From the NCBI GenBank assembly GCA_024626585.2, contig JANKJI020000004.1:177255222-177277282 (forward strand): DNA of 22,061 bases. Reading direction: 5' to 3'. The notes beneath the pieces are model-generated. The model was given only the letters and a program-made list of their open reading frames with translations. It was not told the DNA's origin and did no database searches. The position numbers were made by a program, and so were the translations under genes. Positions 11,117-19,956 of this stretch are shown here, one piece after another (position 1 is the first letter of the stretch; each line of letters starts with the position of its first letter). Source of the stretch: Ginkgo biloba. Lineage: Eukaryota > Plantae > Ginkgophyta.

Positions 11117-12106
11117 TGTTACAAATTGGGTTAGGGTTAGGGTTAGGGCTAACACTAACCTAGGAAGGGTCATGGTTGGTCAAAACTGCACTGTAGGTCC
11201 AGTGGAACAACCTGAAAAAAGAATGAGAACTTCAATGGGGTCAGAGGCACACAAAACAACGACTTAGAAGGAAGCCTAGCTAAATAACAAGACAACCCTA
11301 TGATGAGTAAAGGTTTGAGGTTTGTTCCCTTATTGCTGCAATCGGCTTGAAGGTGGAATGGAACCTTCACACCCAAATTATCTTGCCTCCCATGTAGAAT
11401 GATTCAAGGAAAATCCATGAAAATGTTTCAACCAAGAATGTAAGATTACTTGTAATTTGAGGAAGACCGATACTTTGAAGGATGGATCAATTATTCCTTC
11501 CCCTTTGCTACAAACTAGGAATGAAAATACAATATAAAGATGCAAACAATATAGACTCACAACTTTGAACTGGTATTGCATTCATTCATGGAAAATGTGA
11601 AGCTTGAGAGCCATGAAAATCATAGTGATACCAAGAAGATGTCAAATTACTCCACTCAGCTCAGCTACCTGTAAATACCACTGTGAATATGCACTCAAGA
11701 CCAAGCTTCATGCTCTTGGATGCAAGCTTCTGTTCAAGGTGAGGATTCACACACACATTTCTGCCTAAAACTTGCATGCATGGCCTTGTCAAAATAAGAA
11801 GCGTCAAAGGAGTTTTGTTGCTCCTCCCATGCAAGGTGGCAAATTAGTTCATCAAGCACAATTAGTTACAAGAACAAGTTCAGATTAGGTAGGAGGTGTT
11901 TGAATTTTCAGAAGCATATGCAAGAGAAGAGATGAAAGAGAAGATNNNNNNNNNNNNNNNNNNNNNNNNNNNNNNNNNNNNNNNNNNNNNNNNNNNNNNN
12001 NNNNNNNNNNNNNNNNNNNNNNNNNNNNNNNNNNNNNNNNNNNNNACCCACGTTATGCTTAAACAAATCTATGATCAATAAGACGTGAGTAACCTACTTT
12101 GTAACA
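11117..12106. mobile_element. LTR-like segment with TG...CA termini (possible solo LTR, spans a 100-N gap)
   Basis: Perfect 9-bp terminal inverted repeat TGTTACAAA (11117-11125) / TTTGTAACA (12098-12106) around a non-coding interior. The flanks ATCGA and AGATC are not a perfect TSD. Confidence 0.5.
11128..11148 (+). repeat. GGG(TTAGGG)3 telomere-like tract
   Basis: TTAGGG at 11131, 11137 and 11143, preceded by GGG. Confidence 0.85.
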
Positions 12107-13380
12107 AGATCCAATCATAGCTTAAAAGTCCTATTGGTTAGCAAGGCCTTAAGGGACTTATGTGCAAGATGATCCCCTAACTACTGAGCCAAAAACACCA
12201 TTGTCGTCATGTTACCACCCCTAATATCATTTGTTAAGGATCCCATTCCTCATACATGAGTGTCATCTCCTTACAACATACATTTAATCTATCCTTGATA
12301 CTTTGTGGTCTTGGGAATCCATCCCCCACGTGGTTAGAGTTTCCATCCCCCACTTAAGCCATCTAAGCCATAATCAGTTTGTCGTATAAGCATTAGCCAT
12401 CTAATTAATAGTGTACCTGAAGGTCAATTAGGTCATGTAGTCAAACACAAAGGACCTTTAATCCTAAGCAATTTATGCATTTGACCATTCAAGTGCACCA
12501 TATCCATAGGACGATCTATATTAATCTATGGTAGATTTTTGACAATACATCCCATACGTCATATGAGACCTAATAATGATCTTTAGAAACTATATGAAAG
12601 CTTACCAACTGGGTTTCCCACCCTTCTTGTACTTTGGAAGATCTAGGGTCTTCTTTAACTCAACAAATCCTTTTTGGGGTTGAAAGTGAAGTCACTAGCA
12701 ATTTGCTTCGACAAAATGACACTTTTAGGTCTTCTTAAAGAGCGGTGAATTGATTCTTTCCCTTATTTATGCTCCTACTTTTTGACTGAAGTATACTGAA
12801 TCTATTTCAATATTAGGGTGACTTGGATATGGGCTCTGGCCTCCGTAGGAGTCAAATGCTCGTGTTGTACCTTATTGAAATCCCTTCTTTAAGGCACATT
12901 TGATGATGCTAGCCCAAATTTAAAATACTGCTTTTGCACTAAGTTGTTGGCTGAGAAGTGACCCTTGGGCTACTTTTGATGTTGAAAAAATGATTGTTTC
13001 TATTAGGGCGACTTAAATTTTAGATGGGGATTTCACCTCTAGACCTCTTTTCATAGCAGTCTCGTTTCCTGATGAGGGCAAGGGCGACCATTCCTCCTTG
13101 TGTTTGTGGAAGCGGACACTCCAGTGCTCGTGAATTTAGCATTTAGTGATCTTCCCACTACTCGCACCAACTTGTCCCCTTTCGAGCAGTTCAGAGGGAT
13201 GAACTCCCCAGGGGCTCGANNNNNNNNNNNNNNNNNNNNNNNTCCGATAGACACTCTCCACTTTTGACTGTCTCTATCTCCGATTTGCCCTCGTTGGAGT
13301 GAGTTGAGATCTCTGTGTGGTTGCGTCTCTTCTCGCTCCATGAGATTATTCACTATTTGATCGCTTTCCTCAATACATCC

Positions 13381-13942
13381 TCCCTGTTGTAGCTGTGCCG
13401 GGTTTGCGATGGAGCCTTGCCCTACACCTGTGGAGGCACTAGTTGGTGCAAATCCTGCACTGTTGAGGCCCACTACCCCACGGGATTCCTTGCTCCTTTC
13501 CTCACCCGCGTTGGGCTCACCCATCTTGCGGGTGATGCTCCTGTCACACCAGGCCCCACGCGGGGCTTGCTACCCACGTGGGGCTCCACCCTATCGCCCC
13601 CAGCCTTGTGCTGGGATCTACTCCCGCCCAGGGATCCCTGCCTGGGCGAAGCTCCCCTCCCTCTTGGGAGTCCCAGTTGTAGATATGTTAGGTTTGCGTT
13701 GGAGCCCTGCGCTACACCCGTGGAGGCACCAATTGGTGCAAATCTTGCGCTGCTGAGGCTCACTCCCCCACGGGAGTCCTTGCTCCTTCCCTCACCTGCA
13801 CTGGGCTCACCCACCCTGCGGGTGATGCTCCTATCACACCAGGCCCTGCGTGGGGTTCACTACTCGCGTGGGGCTCCACCCTATCGCCCCCAGCCTCGTG
13901 CAGGGATCCCTGCCTGGGCAAAGCTCCCCTCCCTCCCGAGAG
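13381..13942. repeat. GC-rich tandem duplication (290-bp + 272-bp copies), probably within a transposable element
   Basis: 13381-13670 aligns collinearly with 13671-13942 (GGTTTGCG.TGGAGCC at 13401 and 13691). Copy 1 has an extra 18 nt (CTGGGATCTACTCCCGCC). Confidence 0.92.
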
Positions 13943-14186
13943 TCTCCGCTTGTGGATTCTAGTGAGCCCACGCGGGTGTCTCCACCCTCACAAGCTTCTT
14001 CGCCTGCTCCCCCTCCACCTTCTCTCTCCCCTCCTCCGGGCGCACCCCCCGCTCCGTCGCCTCCCATTCCTCCAATCTTTCTACCTATGCGAGCTCCTCC
14101 TCTTCTAGCACTCGCCATCCTTTGCTTGCCCCAACTCAAAGATCTAGCATATGCCTCATTAGTTATGAATTTCCTCTAGTTATCTT

Positions 14187-14459
14187 TTACTAGATGCACA
14201 CAAGCTTAATGGTAAAGATTATGTAATATGGAAAGTTTAAAATTTCCAATATCTTAGCTCTTAAGAAATTAATGAAAATTGTTGAAGGGAAGGAACTAAA
14301 GCCAATTGTAATCCCTCCATAGGCTGCAACCGGAACTACTCCATCTACCTCAATAGTGACAGTCAAAGATGTTGAAGACTGGGAGGATCGTGATAAAGAG
14401 GCTTTGGCAATTATTGGGCTTTCTGTTGTTGATGATCTCATCACACATCTTCAAGGGAA
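14187..14459 (+). mobile_element. Ty1/copia gag N-terminal remnant (DUF4219/UBN2-type)
   Basis: 'HKLNGKDYVIWK / FKISNILALKKLMKIVEGKELKP...VEDWEDRDKEALAIIGLSVVDDLITHLQG' matches copia gag KLNG.NY..W...L..IV.G.E..P...W...D..A...I.LSV.D. One frameshift and one stop. Confidence 0.8.
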
Positions 14460-14562
14460 NNNNNNNNNNNNNNNNNNNNNNNNNNNNNNNNNNNNNNNNN
14501 NNNNNNNNNNNNNNNNNNNNNNNNNNNNNNNNNNNNNNNNNNNNNNNNNNNNNNNNNNNTGC

Positions 14563-15581
14563 TGATGTGTTCGTGAGGATCTTGATCAGGCATGAATTTA
14601 GTAATGTTTCTACTTTCTTCAAACCTATTGCGCAATAACGACAATGCTTGTTTGAATGTGATGCAGGGCATCTCTCGTTTTGACATTTTTTTGTCCGAGT
14701 GAGACTTGGCAGTAGAGATTTTGGATGAATGGGTCGAATGTGGCTTGATTTTGGACAAACGGACAAGGGGGTCGAAGCAAACGACCTAAAGGAAATTTTG
14801 GCTTGAGTGACAAAACGGCAAGTGCGATATACCCACATAAAGGGCACGAAAAATGATGAGGATCTGTCAAATTAGATTTGACAATCGTGCAATGGAAGGA
14901 TGACAAATGGGCTAAAGAATATAGACAAACGACCGAAAGAAGATAGACGAATGACCTAAAGGAGGTTGATGAATGAGGTGAAGAGAGCTCGACGAACGGG
15001 CAATGGAAAAACAGGATGATGAATGGCTTGGTCATTTGTAGGAATCGGGAGTTAGAGAAGAAGAAGGGGTTGGGTTCGTAGGAGACCTTGTAGGGCTAAG
15101 AAGCTAGATAGTGGAAACGAAGAGGAAAGGTCGAGGAGGTGGCCTAGAGATCTACTCATGAAGATGGTAAGACTGCTCTGAGATGGGACCCTGAGTGTAA
15201 TGTAATCAAAACCCTAGTTTGGTGATGTTTGTGTGTTTTTTAAAATAGGCCGTGGGTCACGCATATAAGATTGTGTTTTAGGTTGGTGGGCCAAGTTAAA
15301 TGAAACAGTTGGATTTTCATGAGAAGAAATACGTTCCTGGTCTCTTTTATGCATAATTTTACGTATGATGTGATGAGGCCTACGTGCCATTAAAATTATA
15401 TTTATGTTTTGTTTATTTTATGTGTGTTTGTTGAGCCGTAGACAAACGGCCTACGGGTGTGAGCAAGCGGTCTAAAGACCAGTGAACAAACGGTGTAAAG
15501 GCCCATGAGCAAATGGGCTAAGGGAGAGAAGATCCTAGGTAACGGCCGAAGTTGGGAGGAATCGGGAAACTGGTTGCGTCA
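14563..15581 (+). mobile_element. 5' LTR of an LTR retrotransposon
   Basis: Ends GCGTCA, 2 nt before a perfect PBS. The candidate start TGATGT (14563) is an imperfect inverted repeat of the end but abuts a gap. TATA-like CATATAAG near 15262. Confidence 0.7.
14880..15006. repeat. ~22-bp degenerate minisatellite within the LTR (core GACAAACG(G/A)CCTAAAG)
   Basis: Unit starts at 14880, 14902, 14924, 14946, 14968 and 14991. A second cluster lies at 15441-15525. Confidence 0.65.
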
Positions 15582-15583
15582 GG

Positions 15584-15596
15584 TGGTATCAGAGCC
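15584..15596 (+). other. Primer binding site complementary to initiator tRNA-Met
   Basis: TGGTATCAGAGCC, the canonical plant PBS-Met, directly after ...CA-GG. Confidence 0.92.
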
Positions 15597-16028
15597 TAGG
15601 AGAAGGCTCATTGGAAGATTTACTGAGAGAGAGAGATGCAAGGAGTGGTTGTGACAATTGTTGCAACAGTGAGGGAAAGAGTTTGAAGACCACGAAGATG
15701 GTGAGGCTAGCATATAGAGAGAAAGTGGAAATGACACATAAAGAGTTATCATCCTTGAGGATAAGGTTGGATGAAGTTGAAGCTAAAAATAGAAGGATAA
15801 AAAAAATAGAATTAGAAAAGCAGAGACAAAAGAAAGAGGAGAAGATGATGATTGCACTGAGGAGCCTGGTGGAGTAAAAAAGAGAAAAGGAAAAAGAAGA
15901 AGCAGAAGACTTGGTTGAGGTGCTTCTAGGAGATCCCATGAATAAGGATGATGAGAGGGTCCTATGTGAAGGATGAAAAGAGAAAGAGCCCATGGAAGGG
16001 TGTGATGAGGAGGAACCAACTTCGGTTC
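15597..16028 (+). mobile_element. Probable gag N-terminal region (charged, coiled-coil-like) following the PBS
   Basis: Directly after the PBS. The Glu/Lys-rich frame 15611-15877 continues past a stop. No diagnostic motif recognised. Confidence 0.5.
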
Positions 16029-16139
16029 TGATGTACCATNNNNNNNNNNNNNNNNNNNNNNNNNNNNNNNNNNNNNNNNNNNNNNNNNNNNNNNNNNNNN
16101 NNNNNNNNNNNNNNNNNNNNNNNNNNNNNNNNNNNNNNN

Positions 16140-17456
16140 CAGATTAGTAGGTTTAGCCTTCAATTGGCCAAAGAACCTAAATGAGCTTAGAAGTTTCAAG
16201 GGGGTTGCCCAACTACTCGTAGAAATTTGTTGTTGGCTATGTTGGAGATAACCTTGCCCCTTAATGCTCTAATGAAGGGGAATCCAACATTCCATTGGGT
16301 GGAGAGATAAAAAAGAGCTTTAGAAGAGCTCAAGTTTCTAATTAGTAATGCCCCTATCTTTGCATTACTAAACAACATAATTCTATTTGAGACTAAAGTT
16401 GATGCCTCAGGATATGCACTTGAAGGAGTTTTGATTTGGTAGGGCAAGCTAGTTGCCTACCATTCAACGACATTTTTAGAAGCAGTGAAAAAGTACTCTA
16501 CATATGGTAAAGAAATGTATGTATTGGTACAAGCATTGAAGCTTTGGAGGTACTATTTGCTTGGCAAGGAGACCATTGTGCATTATGACCACGAGTTTTT
16601 GTAGTCTTAGCAAACTCAATCAAAATGATAAAATATGTGGAATCTCAAATTGGTTACCTATTTGCGGCAATTCAACATTGTAAGTAGTTATAAGAAAGGT
16701 GCAACCAATCAGATTGGTAGTTTTTTCTCCAGACCCCCTATTGCATCTTTGAGTTCTTTTGGGAAACTTAAAGTCTTTGGATTTGAGTTCAAGCACCTCT
16801 ATTTGGATGACAAGGATTTCATTGAAATCTATTATACGGTGCACAAATTAGCCATGTTTTAGGAGGAGCAACTATGAGATTATCATCTCAAAATTGGAAT
16901 TTTGTACAAACGTAACTCCATTTGTATGCCACATAGTGGGCATTGAGCTCAGTTGATTTTGGAAGCACATCATTCCAAGGTGGTAGGGCACTGTGGAGTG
17001 CAAAAAACTCTATATAATTTGTAGAGGTATTTCTTTTGGCCCAAGATGGCCTAAGATGTTGTTAAGTTCATAAAGGCATTGCATCGTGTTGCATCTCCAA
17101 GCCAACTGATTGGAAGTTGGGGAAATGAGTGCCTTTGCGTATGCTTGCTAGACCATGGGAGTCCATCTCTATGGATTTTGTTGGTGGGTTACCAGCCACT
17201 CAGAGAGGCAATGGCTACTTGTTTGGAGTAACATACATGTTCAAGATGGTTGTACTAACTCCTTGTAGGAAGATCATTATTGGATAACAAGCGACCAAAT
17301 TATTTTTTGATCATGTGTGGGTGCATTTTTGCCGACATCCATCATCCTTCCATAGGGAAAGTAGAATCTTGAGTCATTTTTGGCAGACCTTATGGATGCT
17401 AATGGACACTTGGTTGAAGAGAAGTACAACTTTTCACCCTTAGACAGATGGATAGT
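16140..17456 (+). mobile_element. Degenerate Ty3/gypsy pol: RT connection, RNase H, integrase zinc finger and core (copy A)
   Basis: Motifs in order: 'WPKNLNELRSF', 'FETKVDASGYALEGVL...VAYHS...KYSTYGKEMYVLVQALKLWRYYLLGKETIVHYDH', 'YLRQFNIVSSYKKGATNQ..FFSRPP', 'LILEAHHSKVVGHCGVQKT...YFFWPKM', 'RPWESISMDFVGGLP'. RH followed by INT is the gypsy order. Many stops. Confidence 0.93.
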
Positions 17457-17556
17457 NNNNNNNNNNNNNNNNNNNNNNNNNNNNNNNNNNNNNNNNNNNN
17501 NNNNNNNNNNNNNNNNNNNNNNNNNNNNNNNNNNNNNNNNNNNNNNNNNNNNNNNN

Positions 17557-18845
17557 ACTCTAAGGTGGCAGGGCACTTTGGAGTGAAAAAGACTATCAAA
17601 TTTACATTGATGTTTTTTTTTGCCCAAGATGTTGCAAGATTCATCATTGCACGTGCATTATGTTGCATTTTCAACCCAACTAACAAAATGTGGGGGGAAA
17701 CACATGCCTTTGCCTATTCTAACTACATGGCGGGATTCAATCTCCATTTATTTCCTTGGTGAATTGTCAACCAGTCAAAGGGGAAACAACTACTTGTTCG
17801 TAGCAGTGAACAACTTTAGCAAGATGGTTGTTCTAATTCCCTATAAGAATACAATCATAGGGCAACAAACAACAAAATTGTTTTTTGAGCATGTGTGGTT
17901 ACACTTTGGATTGTCCACTTCCATCGTCCAAAATAGGGATAGCATATTTCTTGGCCATTTTTGTCAGAACCTATGGACACCTATGGTTGAAGAGTACAAC
18001 TTTCATCCATAGATTGATGTTTAGTCTGAAGTTGTCAATATGACAATGGTGCAGGCTTGAGGATGTACAATCATAAGCATCCCAAGACATGGGATGAAAG
18101 TATCCCATATCAAACGTAGCTATAATGGTGTTGTTCATAACTCAACTAAAGTTTCCCCGTTTGAAGCTTGTTTAAGATTTTTGCCTAAGGATCCTATGGC
18201 CATTCACAACACTATAGCAGAAGCTAGCTCATTAAAGGAGAGGGCTACCCAACAATAGGAATCAAAGTTTGTTGAACACATCAAGCAGGTGTAGAGGCAA
18301 GTGCAAGGGAGTTCGCTAAGGGGTCAACAAAAATACAATGCCAAACATGATAGGCATAGGGATGGTCACCGGTTCTAAGTGGGAGACAAAGTGTGGTACT
18401 CCTACCCAAGGAGAGGTTTCAAGAAAGGAATTTGAAAATGAAATCAATTAGATATGGCTCATTACCCATTCTTTAGCAACTAGGATATAATACCTTCAAG
18501 TTGGATCTACCTCCATATATGGGAATCCATCGTATTTTTAATGTTAATGGCTTGAATCTCTGTGAACCCTTTGTGATGGATGGAGAGGAAGGGGAAGATG
18601 AGGTGCTAATACCTCCACCTGAAGAGTTGATTCCAAATGAATAGAAGCCACTAGAAGTGGATGCCATATTGCAAAGCAAGGAAAGAGCATTGAGGCAAGG
18701 TGCTACTAAGTTGCATAAAGTTGGTAGAAAAACGCAGCTACCTCAAGCTGGAAAATGGTACACTTGGGAGCAAGTCTGAAAGGAATTCTTGAACCTTGCT
18801 AGACAAAAGATGGAGACCATCATCCTCAAGAAAAGGGAGGCCTAG
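17557..18845 (+). mobile_element. Degenerate Ty3/gypsy integrase (copy B) with GPY/F region and chromodomain-like C-terminus
   Basis: Motifs in order: 'SKVAGHFGVKKT', 'QRGNNYLFVAVNNFSKMVVLIP...LFFEHVWLHFGLSTSIVQNRDSIF', 'SEVVNMT', 'HNSTKVSPFE', 'FKLDLPPYMGIHRIFNV', 'DAILQSKERALRQG...KVGRKTQLPQAGKWYTW...EFLNL'. The frame ends at TAG 18843-18845. Confidence 0.92.
18828..18840 (+). other. Polypurine tract (PPT)
   Basis: AAGAAAAGGGAGG at the end of the integrase frame, followed by non-coding LTR-like sequence. Confidence 0.75.
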
Positions 18846-19474
18846 TCCATGGTAAAAAATGATTCAAAAATCATAAAAAATGATGAAATAATAAAAAACT
18901 AAATTGCAAGGTTGTAAATAGGTCATTTAGTTTGCAATTGAATTCTGTGCAAATTTGGGCACTTTGCCGTATGAACTTTTCATATTCAGTTAGTAGTGGT
19001 TGAAAGCTTCACGACAATATCTTGTTTGCGAAAAACGGATTTTGTAAGCAAAAGTTATTCTCTTCGAAAGTTTCCCTCTAAAAGTTGCCAAAAAATAGTT
19101 TTGTAACCCTAAAATTGACTGAGTGTAGGAACTTACATCTAGGCCACCTTGGAGGTAAGTAATCCTTAAGTTATTTTGAAGGTAACTTATCCTTAGTCAA
19201 ACACGAGGATAACTTACTCTCAATCAAACATGAGAATAACTTACCCTCAATCAAATGTGAGGATAACTCATACATGACGTGGGACCCAGTGTTACGTTAT
19301 TTCCTACCTACATTTTATGAATACAACTTATCCTTGCGTACTTTTGAAGGTAATTAGTCACCCATATAAAGAATAGCATATTTAAAAGGTTAATGGGATT
19401 TTGAACTTGTGATTAACTATTAATGGAAATTGAACCTATGACTAGATGTAGGGGTTGTTGACGCTCCAAATCAA
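18843..19474 (+). mobile_element. Probable 3' LTR (5' part) of the copy-B gypsy element
   Basis: Starts 2 nt after the PPT, although it reads TA rather than the canonical TG. Non-coding with internal tandem repeats, truncated by a gap. Confidence 0.55.
19153..19270. repeat. 27-bp tandem repeat (about 4 copies) with palindromic core
   Basis: TAACTTA-like core at 19156, 19183, 19210, 19237 and 19264. Unit is approximately GAGGATAACTTACCCTCAATCAAACAT. Confidence 0.85.
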
Positions 19475-19574
19475 NNNNNNNNNNNNNNNNNNNNNNNNNN
19501 NNNNNNNNNNNNNNNNNNNNNNNNNNNNNNNNNNNNNNNNNNNNNNNNNNNNNNNNNNNNNNNNNNNNNNNNNN

Positions 19575-19956
19575 TCTTTTTATCCACCATCTACCTAGGA
19601 CAAGTCACTTTCATTTATGTGATAAGTGATAGTGATGCATTTAGTATATTCCTTTATTAGGTTAGGGTTTTCTAAGTTAAGAATTTAGGAATTCTTATAA
19701 ATATTGTATTAAGAGCCGTTATCATAATTAATGGAGAGATTTCTCATGATCATATGAGGAGAAATATGGAAAAATCAAGAAGAGGAGATTTCTTAGAATT
19801 TTTTAATAGAATTTATGTTATTTCTTTACAAATATTTGTGAGTCTCTCTCCATCTCTTCATTCAATTCATCTTATTATGAGCCCAATTTATTTTCAATTC
19901 TTCTATTTTGCATACAAGGGGATTCAATTTAATCCTTCCCCTTTGGACACACATCA
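19575..19956 (+). mobile_element. Possible 3' half of an LTR
   Basis: TATA-like TATAAATA near 19696 and terminus GGACACACATCA (ends 19956), whose last 8 nt are the reverse complement of TGATGTGT. No PBS follows. Confidence 0.4.

Noticed and set aside
13417-13480. 'TCGGTSWCKSC' in ORF 13417-13962 as the missing last zinc-finger exon
   Set aside because: No AG acceptor at the required phase, wrong Cys/Gly spacing, and the cysteines are not retained in the second copy of the duplication.
13051-14179. Six overlapping Pro/Gly-rich ORFs (extensin-like or glycine-rich protein)
   Set aside because: Expected from high GC and low stop density. They are open on both strands, and the duplication shifts frame between copies.
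1018-17762. ORFs composed largely of X residues
   Set aside because: Artefacts of translating through N gaps.
19153-19270. CRISPR-like array of palindromic repeats
   Set aside because: Spacers are only 10 bp and similar to each other, there are no cas genes, and the context is a eukaryotic LTR.
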